64,000 nucleotides of DNA, from positions 19,840,001 through 19,904,000 of the forward strand of contig NC_086108.1 of the NCBI RefSeq assembly GCF_963921235.1, written 5' to 3'. The DNA is from Mobula hypostoma (Eukaryota). The notes under the pieces were generated by a model. The model was not told the DNA's origin. It was given only the letters and a program-made list of their open reading frames with translations, and did not search any database. The translations under genes and the position numbers were made by a program. Positions 38,879-51,694 of this stretch are shown in pieces (position 1 is the first letter of the stretch; each line of letters opens with the position of its first letter).

Positions 38879-41579
38879 AGGGACCGTAAACCCTCCACCA
38901 CTGGCTCGCCTTGGCTGCATTCTGTATCACCTGCAAATAACACTACTTACTCACCTCTTAAAGCATCTCTACCACCAAGAAGGGCAATGGCATTCTCATG
39001 ACCTTGACTTTATCACAATTCCACCATTCATCCAGGTTACAAGTGTTCAGGAAGATAGCTTATTACCAACCTCCCAAGTGCAGCTGGGGACTGGCCATTA
39101 ACATGAGCCTGGCCACTGATGTCCACATCTCAAAATTAATTAGAAAAAGGGAAAAAAAATCATGACCTGCAACATTAAGTTTGCTCCTCTGTCCACAGAT
39201 ACTGCCTGACCTACTGAGTGTTTCCAGCATTTTCTGTTTCTCTCTCAGATTTCCATTGGCTGCAGTTCTTGATTTTTGATGTTGCCTTTGAGCTTATATT
39301 GGACTTGTAATGGCAGCTCAAAATAAACAGCCTCCTCTTAGTGGGATTGGGAAATGGGGATTGGTGGTCAAACTGCCGACTGTTTCTCCTGAACTCATTT
39401 TATATCAGACATGCGTATGGGGGTAAAAATGCCCAATACAAGTAGATATTAAGTTTAAACTGCTCTGGTTGGGCTGAGAACATATTGCAAAGAGAGGTAT
39501 TTTTGGATTAGGGTTGATCATCTTGGTGATTCCTGCTCAGTGAGTTCCTCATCTTTACATGGTGTCTTATATGATGGCAATAGGGGCTGCAGGCACTGTG
39601 GAGCTGGTGGAGGAAACAGTCATAATTGGCTTGCTGGAGCACTTTGTCTGGAATCATTGTAATATTGGAGAAAGTATTCCCCTCACAACTTAGTTTAACA
39701 GCTTGATGAAGTTCATGTTCATGTTCATTTGCAGATTTGGGTCAGCAGATGGCATTCCTGCCTCAAAAATCAATGCAGTACCTTCAGGCTAAACTTCAGA
39801 ACTTCCCTTCATTGTGCAGGGGGTTTGATTTATGTGTGGGGAGTCCTACAGTGCTGGAGGTGTTGGGCTTTGTCTGGTGTATTATGACGTGGGAAGATGT
39901 TGTAATTCCCACAGATCAGTCTGAGAAGCGCAGGATCTTCTTGTATTTATAAATTCTTCCATCAGCCTACACCATTTCTCCCACTCCTCAGTGGAATTCT
40001 CCAAAGTGTACATCCTCCAAGGGTACAAAATGTCAACCATGCTTTCATGTTTCAAAGTAATCATTTACTTTGAAACTATCCACACTATCTTTGACATGAT
40101 AAGATAGGCTGCAATTTTAGAAATATTTCCATCTAATGACAGCATATAAATGATCTGTTGTGGGAGACACATAAGCCTCTTGCCCCCCCCACTTACCTTT
40201 CTTCATCAAATCAATTTCTTCCTCTTTTCTCTCAACTTTTCTCCTTAATGTGTTCTATGCTCTTCACTTTAATTACCATTTGGTAGTGAGTTCCACTTTC
40301 TCACCAGACTGCATTATTTATTTGGTAAGTGCACATAACTGTCTCCTCACATGCAGACTTCAGTATTGTTCGATCAATTGAAGGTGTTGGGAGGACACTT
40401 GCAATACTGCCTCTATCCAAAACCATAAAATGACTTCACCTGGTTGCCAGTTATAAAAATTGTCAATGACCTATTGTAAAAGCTGTTCTCAATTCCTTTG
40501 TAATGAACATGGAGATAGTGAACAATATGTTGTTTGCTTCCTTGATTTTTACTCCTTGTTCCAAAGGATTTCTCGAGTTACCTCCTGATCAGGTAGCCAG
40601 CATTGTTGAGCGCATCTTGATGGGAAGGAGGCACACGGTGTATTGTGTAGACTTTTTTTGGAATGGAGGATCATGTGTAGCATGGATTTTATTAATCAGC
40701 TTTTAGTTTACAAGACATCAAAAAGTTTTTAAGAGATTGTTGTTATCTCTGAGAAAATCCAGGCAAGTTGAGTCAGTTCAAGATGTAATAAGCAAGGTTA
40801 CATGCAGCTATGTATTGGCCATGAGTTCTATATGAAACCAATGCCAAAAGGTTGGACCATTCCGCATTGCTACCTGGAGACAGGAACTGAGTTTGGGGCT
40901 TCTGGTGACCCTGTTGATCTGAGATTGCTTGAGTGACAAACTGTTTGGAATACTTTTGCTGTAGTCATCTGAATGTGCTCATGAGTAGTCATACATCTGC
41001 TTAATGCCATGTTAGAACAGGGTTTCGCATCAACATCTGTCACTGTGAATGGATTTTGGCTTCTTGTTAAATACTGGCATTGTCGGGGTTACATATACTT
41101 CAACTCAGTTTTGACAGAGCATTCTGTGTTCTGACAAAGAGTCTTCAACTTGAAATGTCAACTCTTGTTTCTCTTCCTACAAATGGGTCTGACTTGCTGA
41201 GTGTTTCCAATATTTTTTTTATCTTAATTTTAGATTTCCAGCTTCTGCAATTTTTTTGATTTCCATATGCGGGGTTAACTGATAGCATGTCATTTATTCC
41301 TTGGTCAACATGGGCACAATGTGGGATTTGCATACAGAACGGTCTGGTTTAATCCAACTATTTGTGTTTCTGTATCTTGAATTAGACAGTCTAGTCACTG
41401 ACCTATGTTGTATATGTTTCTCTGAAACATAATCTTCAGTACATATTATAGTTCTTGGTTACTCTGCAGGCATATTTTTCACATCTTGAAAAGCATTTTC
41501 AAAATGATTGGCATACTAATTCAGCAATCTTCGTAAGCATATCTAGCAGCCACCTTGTCTCCATTGATGAGCACTGACA

Positions 41580-41797
41580 TTCTCTATCTCTATTTCTCCA
41601 TCCGTCCCTCTCCCTGTCTGTCCCCCTCCCTGTCCCTCTGTGTCTCTCTCTCTCTCTCTCTCTCTCTCCCTGTCCCTGTGTGTGTGTGTGTGTGTGTGTC
41701 TCTCTCTCTCTCTGTCTGTCCCTCTGTCTCTCTCTTTCTTCGTCTGTCTGTCTCTGTCTCTGTCTCTATCTCTCTATCTTCTCTCTCTCTTTCTCTG
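41580..41797. repeat. CT/GT microsatellite tract abutting the exon 8 acceptor
   Basis: Seen directly. Confidence 0.9.
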
Positions 41798-41800
41798 TAG

Positions 41801-41982
41801 GTCATTGCTGCGGCAGGAACAGATGAAAAGAGCGAACTGGCATTGCAAAGAGGTGCTGTAGCAGCCATCAATTATACCACACAGAGCCTGAAAGAGGAGG
41901 TGAAAAAACTGACTGGAAATAAAGGAGTGGGTGTGGTTTTTGATGCTGTGGGAGGAGATGTATTCAAGCAAGCTTTCAGCAG
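41801..41982 (+). CDS. CRYZL2: CRYZL2 exon 8 (VIAAAGTDEKSELALQRGAVAAINY...KGVGVVFDAVGGDVFKQAFS)
   Basis: CTGTAG| acceptor after a CT-rich tract, AG|GTATTT donor; GV.VVFDAVGG motif. Confidence 0.93.
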
Positions 41983-42204
41983 GTATTTTCATCATAATGC
42001 ACTTGTCTATGGTATTAACTGCTTAATCACCAAGTTGTGACAGACAGCAGGGTGTGGGTTCAAACTTCATCCCTTCAGTTGTCCATCTCTGTATGGGGAG
42101 TATTCCTGCAAGATGTCAGACTATTTTTTGTCAGTGGTGGGACAGTGTTGGAACCAATGGTGCTGTGTCATGCCTTCAGTTTGACAGTATGGTAGATGTG
42201 TAAC

Positions 42205-44392
42205 CTACCTGGGCCCTCAGAGGTTTCTTCTTCCTCTCACCCCAACCATCCCCTCTCCACTGACACCACCAACCTCCCTCCCCCTCCCCTCTCTGATCCC
42301 ACTTCTCATCTGTGCTGGGCCTTTACCGTCCCCTCCGACCTTCAACTATCTGAGGCAGAACGCTCTGTCCTCAGTAAGGGCCACACCTTTGTCCCCCTTC
42401 GCCCACACCTCAGCGAGTTCCGCGTTCGCCATGATGCTGAACTCTTCTTCCGCCAGCTCCGTCTTCGAGCCTACTTCTTCGGCAAGGACTCTCCCACCCC
42501 CACCGATGACCCCTTCTCCCATCTTCAACCCTCCTCCTCTTCATGGACACCCCGCTCTGGTCTTCTGCCTGCTCTGGATCTCTTTATTGCTAATTGCCGA
42601 TGGGACATCAACCATCTCAACTTCACCGCACCTTGTTCCCATTCCAACCTCACTCTTTCTGAACGTTCTGCTCTCCACTCCCTCCGCACTAATCCTAACC
42701 TTACTATAAAACCCGCTGATAAGAGGGGTGCTGTTGTAGTCTGGCACAGTGACCTCTACCTTGCCGAGGCACAGTGACAACTCGGGGATACCTCCTCTTA
42801 TTTACCGCTTGATCATGACCCCACTAAGGAGCACCAGGCCATTGTCTTCCACACCATCACCGACTTTATCCGCTCAGGGGATCGCCCATCCACTGCTACC
42901 AACCTTATAGTTCCCACACCCCACACTTCCCATCTCTACCTCCTACCCAAGATCCACAAACCTGCCTGTCCTGGCAGACCTATTGTCTCAGCTAGCTCCT
43001 GCCCCACCGAACTCATTTCTGCATACCTCGACACTGTTTTATCCCCCCTTGTTCAATCCCTTCCTACCTATGTTCGTGACACCTCTCACGGTTTGAAACT
43101 TTTCGATGATTTTAAGTTCCCTGGCCCCCACCGCTTTATTTTCACCATGAATGTCCAGTCCCTATATACTTCCATCCACCCCCCGCCCCCATCAGGAAGG
43201 TCTCAAAGCTCTCTGCTTCTTTTTGGATTCCAGACCTAACCAGTTCCCCTCTACCACCACTCTGCTCCGTCTAGCGGAATTAATCCTTACTCTTAATAAT
43301 TTCTCCTTTGGCTCCTCCCACTTCCTCCAAATTAAAGGTGTAGTTATGGGCACCCCTATGGATCCCAGCTATGCCTGCCATTTTGTTGGCTTTGTGGAAC
43401 AATCTATGTTCCAAACCTATTCTGGTATCTGTCCCCCACTTTTCCTTCACTACACGGACGACTGCATTGGCGCTGCTTCCTGCACGCACGCAGAGCTCGT
43501 TGACTTCATTAACTTTGCCTCCAATTTTCACCCTGCCCTTCCTCTTCTCACCCTGTCTCTTGCAAAAATGCCATCCCCTTCTTGCAATTCCTCTGTCTCC
43601 ATCGCATCTGCTCTCAGGATGAGGCTTTTCATTCCAGGACGAAGGATATGTCCTCCTTTTTTAAAGAAAGGGGCTTCCCGTCCTCCTCCTCTAACTCTGC
43701 TCTCAAATGCATCTCCCTCATTTCACACACATCTGCTCTCACTCCTTCCTCCCGCCACCCCACTAGGAATAGGGTTCCCCTTGTCCACCCCACCAGCCTC
43801 CGGGTCCAACATATAATTCTCTGTACCTTCCGCCACCTCCAACGGGATCCCACCACTAAGCACATCTTTCCCTCCCCCCGTCTGCTTTCCGCAGGGATCA
43901 CTCCCTATGTGACTCCCTTGTCCATTCGTCCCCCCATCCCTCCTCACCGATCTCCCTCTTACTTAGCCTTGTAAGCGGAACAGGTGCTACACATTCAGGG
44001 CCCCAGACAGCCCTTCCAGGTGAGGCGACTCTTCACCTGTGAGTTGGCTGGGGTGATATATTGCATCCGGTGCTCCCGATGCGGCCTTCTATATATTGGC
44101 GAGACCCAACGCAGACTGGGAGATCATTTCGCTGAACACCTACGCTTTGTCCACCAGAGAAAGTGGGATCTCCCAGTGGCCACACATTTTAAATCCACGT
44201 CCCATTCCCATTCTGATATGTCTATCCACGGCCTCCTCTAAAGTTGAAGCCACACTCAGGTTGGAGGAACAACACCTTGTATTCCGTCTGGGTAGCCTCC
44301 AAACTGATGGCATGAACATTGACTTCTCAAACTTCTGCTAATGTCCCACCTCCCCCTCGTACCCCATCCGTTTTACATATATATATACACAC

Positions 44393-44436
<44 letters not shown>

Positions 44437-44805
44437 TCTTTTTCTCTCTCTCCTTTTTCTCCCTCTGTCCCTTTCACTATACCCCTGCTCATCCTCTGGG
44501 CTTCCCCCTCCCCCTTTTTTTCTCCCTGGGCCATGATCCTCTCATATCCCTTTTGCCAATCAACTGTCCAGCTCTTGGCTTCATCCCTCCCCCTCCTGTC
44601 TTCTCCTATCATTTCAGATCTCCCCCTCCCCCTCCCACTTTCAAATCTCTTACTAGCACTTCTTTCAGTTAGTCCTGATGAAGGGTCTCAGCCCGAAACG
44701 TCGACTATACCTCTTCCTAGAGATACTGCCTGGCCTGCTGTGTTCACCAGCAATTTTTACGTGTGTTGCTTGAAATTCCAGCATCTGCAGATTTCCTCGT
44801 GTTTA
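42205..44805 (+). mobile_element. Penelope-like retroelement (RT plus GIY-YIG endonuclease), decayed
   Basis: IKPADKRGAVVV, YLLPKIHKP..PGRPIVS, GVVMGTPM.PSYA, YTDD, GVIYCIRCSRCGLLYIGETQRRL..F.EH, MNIDFSNF, and a 3' UTR with a hammerhead motif. Confidence 0.9.
44671..44706 (+). ncRNA. Minimal type I hammerhead ribozyme motif (Penelope-associated)
   Basis: AGTC-CTGATGA-AGGGTCTCAGCCC-GAAA-CG-TC-GACT: stem I AGTC/GACT, CUGAUGA core, stem II GGGU/GCCC, GAAA, palindromic ACGU stem III, GUC site. Confidence 0.7.
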
Positions 44806-45379
44806 AGTGGTCTTCTGATTGCATTCGTTACTTCACTTGGTGGCTGTAAAAGCCCATTACTATACATGAGAAAGGAAGTTGGAGTGTCTGCTATGTCATC
44901 TGGGCAATGCTGTGCACCTGTTAGGGAGGTGGTTACTTGTTCAGAAACTTGAATAGTTGCCTCACAAGACCGGAAATGCACACACCTCTTTGGTGGGAAT
45001 GAAAAAATGTACATATGGTGAAAAGTTGCCAAAATGAGAAATCATAGAAAAAGTTCATACACTGGAATTGGATTTCAATACCTGTAGCTTTTGACTGTGG
45101 GGATAGCTGAAAAATTAGCCCTTGATCTGGCATTAATTGGCATGAGTTCTCCCTGCTGGTTGGGTGGGGGAATTTCAATGTCTATCACCAAGGGGAATTG
45201 GTAGCTCCAATACAGTGTTGAGCTGGCCAAGCCCTGAAAGACGTGGCTGCTAGACTGAATCAACCTAAACAGTGAGTGAACCAGGATGGATACACCCAGT
45301 GAACTGGTGCATCTGGCCACAATAACTTTGGTGGAAGTGATCATTGCATACTTTTTGATGAGACCAACAAGAGTACCCT

Positions 45380-46110
45380 CAGGATCAGAATCAGGTTTAT
45401 TATCACTGACGTGCTGTGAAGTCTGGTTTTGCAGGTGTAGTAAGGTGCAAGATGGGAAAATTAATTTGAGGCACAAAATTTAGTAATGCTGAGAGAAATT
45501 ACAAAGTAGTATTCATAGACTTTTCAAAAATCAGATGGTGGAGAGAGGAAGCTGTTGCTTAAATACTGAGTGTGGGTCGTCAGGATCCTGTACCTCGTTC
45601 CTGACGGTAGTAACATGAAGAGAGTATGTCTCAGATGGTGAGCGTCCTTAAAGATGAATGTCACCGTCTTAAAGACACTGGCCATTGAAGATGTCCTTGA
45701 TGGTGGGGAGGGTCATACCTGTGATGGAGCTGGCTGAGTCGACCACTTTCTGCAGCCCCTTTCCATTCCAGGCAGGATTGCAACCAGTCAGAATGCTCTC
45801 CACCATACACCAATAGAAATTTGCAAGACTTTGGTGATGTACCAAATCTCCTAATGAAGTACAGCTGCTGGGTTGCCTTCTATGTGATTGCATCAATGTG
45901 TTTGGCCCAAAATAGATGCTGAGATGTTGATATCCCAGAAGTTGCTCACCATTTCCATGGCTAACCCCTCAATGAGGACTGGTGTGTATTCACCTGACTT
46001 CCTTTCCTGAAATTCATAATCAATGCCTTGATCATGTTGACATTGATTGTGAGATGGTTGCTGTGATATCACTTAGCCAGCTGATCTGTCTTACTCCTGT
46101 ATGCCCCTTA
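45380..46110 (-). mobile_element. Rex-Babar-type LINE fragment
   Basis: ORF 45669-45896 (ESILTGC..AWNG...LQKVVDSASSITG). Confidence 0.65.
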
Positions 46111-46369
46111 CCATTACACACCTTGCTACTACAAATCTTCTGAATTGGAATACACTTCAGCTAAAGATGATCAAATCAGTTGCCATTTAAAAATACTCAT
46201 GTTCATATTGACTGTTGCATTTCAGCAGTGATCACATTTCATAGGTACTTAATTTCTCTGATTTTTTTAAAGCTGTCCTGCAGTCATAATACAAAAATGT
46301 TCATCTTCTTTCATGCCTTGATGTGTTCAACTGGCATTTAACTGAAGGTTTGCTTTCCATTTCTGGCAG

Positions 46370-46598
46370 CTTGTCCTGGGAAGGCAGAATTGTGGTGGTT
46401 GGTTTTGCTGGGGGAAATGTATCAACCATACCAGCTAATCAACTGCTGCTAAAGAATGTGACAGCCATGGGTGTTTTCTGGGGAAAATACAAAGATCAGC
46501 ATTTCCCAGTCTTCTCCAGATCCATTACATCTGCACTTCAATTCTGCAAAGAGGGAAGAATCAGTCCTTATAATGGTTCAGTCTTTAAAATGCAACAG
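46370..46598 (+). CDS. CRYZL2: CRYZL2 exon 9 (SLSWEGRIVVVGFAGG...LLLKNVTAMGVFWG...FKMQQ)
   Basis: GGCAG| acceptor, CAG|GTAAAT donor; the typical QORL2 segment is visible in ORF 46323-46673. Confidence 0.93.
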
Positions 46599-49561
46599 GT
46601 AAATACTCTTTCTACTCGTTCATATTGTATTTTCAGAATCTGTAAGTCAGAAACAAAAGTGAAAAAACTTTAAGTACATGTCACATCTATCAATCCAATG
46701 AAGAGAAAAAGGCAGATTGATATATTGTGTATCATTCTGTGATAGAATGGAAAATATGCAAATTTATTTGAGGACTATAAACCATATTGTGAAGATGGGG
46801 TGGTGAGAAGGAAGAACAAAAGATCCCTGCTGTTTCAGTCAGAAGTTAATGAACTCTCCTAAGTCCCTTAAGTATTCGCTCAGTTACTGGGTGCACACTA
46901 GCACACTCCATTTCATTCCTGATTTTGGGTTACAGCAAATCTTGGTGACAATGAACCCAACAAAATACCTATCAAAATATGCAAAAATATGATTCTTTTA
47001 ACATTTTTTCATAAACTGATTTTTAATCATACTTTGTGAGTTTTGTATAAGTGTATTATCAAATCATTCAACTATGCATTTCTTTCTTCAGTTTGTTGAA
47101 AGGAGTTATTTTTATTCTATTATCTGTCACATGATTTTATATGCATTTCTCAAATTTTCTGTGTGTGTTCATGTTAAGGGAGGGTGCCTGTGGTAGCTCA
47201 TATGACATTGTTACAGACTGTAAGATCAGAAGAAAGCCTTTGCTTCATTCCCTGGTCCCTGTTGAGTTAGCTGACTCTGTGATATGGTGGGCAACCTATT
47301 CAGCCTAACATTTCACTTACAGGAAACTTCAGCTGTGTTTGACATATAAATATGGTTGACACAGTAGATCAAGTGGTGCTGCTGACTTAAAGCTCAGGTA
47401 ACTGGGATTTGATTATGACCTTTGATACAGTCTGTGTTGAGTTAGCATATTTTCCCAATGGCTTTGTGGATTTCCCCTTGTGTGATCTGGTCTCTCCCGA
47501 AGATATGCTGGTTACTATAAATTATTCCTTCGTATGGGCCAGTGGTGGGTGGTGGTGGTGAGGAAATCAGGGTGGAGTTGGTGGGTATGTGAGAGAGATT
47601 GTTACAAGGAAACAGGTGGTAGAATGGAATTGATGGGATTGTTTTGAGTGCCAGCATGGACAAGTGTTGAATGATATTCTACATAACAATATACAGAAAA
47701 TATCTGTGGGTTTTTGACAATGACGTGGTTCAATTCAGTTATGCTGTTTCTCATGGTAAGTTAGCCATCTGTCGCCTAGTTGTGCTCCTGAAAATTTGAT
47801 CAGCTGATTGAGATTCGGGAGAGGTCAGTGGAGCTGTTAAGGAGTAAGGTATTTAGAAGGGGGTCTGAGGGGAACGCTTTTCACCTAGAGAGTGGTGTAA
47901 ACCTGGAACGCACTGCCAGAGAGAGTATTGGAAGCAAAGTTGCTCACAGCATTTAACAACTGTTTAGATTAGCACTAGAATCACTTTGATATAGAAGACT
48001 ATACGTCATGTGCTGGAAAATGGGATTAATACAGGTGGATGCCTATTGATTGTGGCAGGCCGAATGGCCTGTGGCCATGCTCTGCGACTCTGTGTTAATG
48101 CTTTTCAGAGAGATTAAATCACCTAACAGTAATCATTCAGTGATGATGAGCAGATTTGCTCCATTGACTAAATTGACTAAATTTTTGCTGGATTATCCGT
48201 ACAGAGAGTGAAGGAGAATTAGCAGGTATGGAGGGAAGGTGAAGGATAAGAGAGTTTAAAGAGAATTCAAACAATATATTTTATCTTCAGAAATGTAGAT
48301 TAACAGAACCTTGATTTTGAAATGCTTTTAATTTGGTTTAGTTTATTACATTACTTGAAAAGATGGTTTTATTATTTAACTGGAAATTAAAGATCTTAAA
48401 TAGAAACAGAAAATGCTGAAGACACTCAGTAGGTCAGGCAGGATCTATGAATAAAGAAACAGTTAATATTTCAGGTGGGAAAGTTTGACACAGGGTCTTC
48501 AACCTGAAATGTTAACTTTCTCTGTTCACAGCTGATCAACTGACGATTTACAGCATTCACAATTATTATGTCGGCTCTGAATAAAGGTGTATTACAAGCT
48601 AAAATCAGAGATTAAGCAATTAGCATCGGTGACAGAAATCCTATATTGATCCCCATAAACTGGTTCTATGGATTAACTATTCTAAGTATTTATCATATTA
48701 GAATTTTAGCTGATGTCAGATTGTGATTTTCCATATAAGGAGTGGAAACAGTGAGGGAAAAGGACAAGGGAATTGGAGAGAACAGCCTGCACCAGATGGG
48801 AAATGACTCACAAAGTAGCAGGTTGAAACTGCAGGCAAATCAGTGATGTGCACAAGGATGTGGCAATCACAGCCAAAATCTGTCCTTTTGCAGTTCTATT
48901 TTAAGATACTTCAATTACTATGTTACTCTTGTTAGAGTTAGTGGAAAGGATTAATTTTAGAATAGTTTTGTATTTGCATATGAATTACACACAGCATTGT
49001 TATTTCAACTGTTCCAGTTCCCCTTGTTTAAAAACAGATTTCCTTTTGTTAATGAAATTTATGGGAACACATCTCAGCTCCTAGTTTACACTAGTTCTTC
49101 TAACTCCATTGTTAAAATATTCAAATAGCATGAGTCACTGATATCTTTTCCCACTTTATGCTATTGAAATTTAACATGTATGGCTTAATCTCCCTAAATG
49201 TGGATACTGATTTATTTTGCCTGGTGTGTCTCTACCAAGATATCCTAGTGATACAAAAGATTTTGACTGAATGCAGATCTAACAGGTTTAATCTTTGTTT
49301 ATTTGACTTGAGGAAGAGGTAGAAGAGAAAGTTGCCAAGTAAATGTATGGAACTTTATGCTTAGCATGTAGTGAATAGAAAATCAACCTCCCCAACTACC
49401 CTTGTTCAGTATCTAGAACTTCAACAGAAAGTGAGTGGGGATATGATACTTTGTAATGAGGCTAAAACTACTTCCAATATGGAATGCTGGATGATGCTGG
49501 AGAGAATCTCTGGAGTGTTTCTTCTGCTCTGCACAATTTATATCTTTTATTTCTTTTGAAG

Positions 49562-51074
49562 TAATAGACTTTTAATTCTTTTCAAACAGCGTACTTTCCA
49601 TGACAGTTTTCTGAAGACACAATGCTCAGACTCCCATGAGAGAAGGACCATTTTTGCACTGAGCTCGGGTCATGGCAAGTGTGGGGTAGCTGTTATCCGA
49701 GTGAGTGGACCTGCTAGTCGGGATGCACTCAGCTCTCTGACTGGCCAGAGACCTCTACCCCCAGCCAGGGCTGCTGTCATCAGGCCGTTGCTGGACCCCA
49801 GATCAGGGGAGCGCCTGGACGTGGCCCTGGTATTATGGTTTCCAGAACCGCGAAGTTTTACTGGAGAGGATTGCTGTGAGTTTCACGTCCATGGTGGATC
49901 AGCAGTAGTTAGTGGAGTTCTTCAATCTCTGGGAAGCTTACCTGGGCTGCACCCAGCTGAAGCAGGGGAATTCACTAAACGTGCTTTTCAGAATGGGAAA
50001 CTGGACTTGACAGAGGTGGAGGGTTTAGGAGATCTCATTCATGCAGAGACAGAAGCCCAAAGAAGGCAGGCATTGAGGCAGATGGCTGGCGGCCTGGGAC
50101 AGCTCTTTCATGCATGGAGTGAGAGGCTAACTCGATGCCTGGCTCACTCAGAAGCTTACATTGATTTCAGCGAAGATGACAACATTGAGGATGGAATACT
50201 CGATACCGTTGACAGTGAAGTGCGAGCATTGCAGAGAGAAATGGACAATCACCTGTGTGACAGTCGCCGAGGCGAGAGACTAAGGGAGGGAGTTCATGTT
50301 GTGATTGTTGGGGTGACAAATGCTGGGAAAAGTAGCCTTTTGAATGCAATCTGTCAGAAGCCAACTGCCATAGTCTCACCTGTAGCCGGAACAACACGAG
50401 ATGTAGTGGAGACAGCTCTGAACATTGGGGGGTACCCTGTACTTTTGAGTGACACAGCAGGACTCCGCGAGACATCTGACATTGTAGAGCAAGAGGGCAT
50501 GAGACGAGCGCGGCAGAGGCTAAAGCAGGCAGATGTTGTGGTTGTGGTAGTGGATACCACAGAGCTCCCAACAAACATGACTGATGCTGTTCATTTTCTC
50601 CAAGATTATCTGAACAAAGTAGTTTTGCATAAATCTAATGAGGAGTCGGATATATCCAGCCCAAGACTGGAAGACTGGATTGTAGTTTGTAATAAAATGG
50701 ATCTGGTTCAGATGGAAGATTTCAAAAAGCTGCCCAAAATTCATAAAGAACATGGACTGCCTCAGGTGTGCATGCTGTCATGTAAAACCGGCTGTGGTTT
50801 TGATGACTTCTTAGATCTCCTTAAGGAAAGAGTTGAAAAGATGTGTGGGAACCCCTTGGTTGGAAATCCTAGTCTGACACAGGCCCGTCATCGACTGCAC
50901 CTCCAGAACTGCACCCAATATCTAAAGCACTATCACCAGAATCGAGACTTGGACATTGTCCTGGCCACGGAGTATCTGAGAATGGCACTGAGACAACTGG
51001 GAAAGATCACTGGAAAAATTGGAGTTGAAGAAATCCTAGAAATTGTGTTCAGGGATTTCTGTATTGGTAAATAA
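49562..51074 (+). CDS. GTPBP3: tRNA modification GTPase GTPBP3 (MnmE/TrmE/MSS1), single large coding exon nested in CRYZL2 intron 9; N-terminus must come from an upstream exon
   Basis: Uninterrupted frame from 49560 to stop 51072-51074. Motifs: [35 protein letters not shown]1 [10 protein letters not shown]2 GTTRD, G3 DTAG, G4 NKMD, C-terminal FCIGK. In-frame stop at 49557-49559 and no in-frame ATG before the conserved domain. Confidence 0.93.
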
Positions 51075-51075
51075 A
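51070..51075 (+). terminator. Candidate polyadenylation signal AATAAA overlapping the GTPBP3 stop codon
   Basis: ...GGT AAA TAA AAC: AATAAA spans 51070-51075. Confidence 0.35.
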
Positions 51076-51694
51076 ACATCTAAAGGTGGAGTTAATTTTT
51101 AACTCTTCATATCATTGGGACCTTAGATCAGGTGTTTTCTAGACCTTTAGATCACCTGTGATATCGTAGGATTCAAGTGATTGCTGGATTTCCTTAAACT
51201 CCTATCAATTCACTTATTATGTTGTGGTATGGAGACATTAAGCCATGTGTTATGCAAGTAAAATTGTTAGAAAAGTTCTTATTACTGATGATCTGGACCA
51301 TTAATTTATTTAATGTTTAAAGATTTTGCTTGCTAGTAACTACCTGCTTTAATCAATGAACAGCAGATAAATAGACCAAGTGTAGATAGCAGACACAGAA
51401 GCCACCCTATGCTGCTAGTAGTGGAGGAGGTTAATGGTGGTTTGGGTGCCAATCAAATGTTGTTTCTCTGGCTGCAATCATACAAGCCAGTTGAATTGCC
51501 CACATAGGCAGAGAGTATCAGAGAACAATGTGAATGGTCAAAAATGGTGTGATATAAAAATAATTAATATTATAATCTGGTAGTTAATCAAAAATGACTA
51601 AATGATAGCTTGATCATAATTGCAGTGGTTTCTTAAATTATGGGCAAAGTATAATGGAAATGAGTGTTACTTTATTGGATTTGTAATTTTCCAG

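Noticed and set aside
41555..41871. Low-complexity ORFs (SLSL/ERER/THTH), also at 15305-15634 and 44319-44952
   Set aside because: These are translations of microsatellites.
49371..49559. Upstream same-frame ORF as the GTPBP3 N-terminus via stop readthrough
   Set aside because: It ends in TGA within a pyrimidine tract that looks like a splice acceptor, and it has no presequence or MnmE similarity.
49701..51074. ORF-track start (GTG at 49701) as the true GTPBP3 start, or a bacterial mnmE contaminant/HGT
   Set aside because: Conserved TIFALSSG...VAVIR lies upstream of the GTG in the same frame. The sequence looks like metazoan GTPBP3 and sits between properly spliced vertebrate exons.
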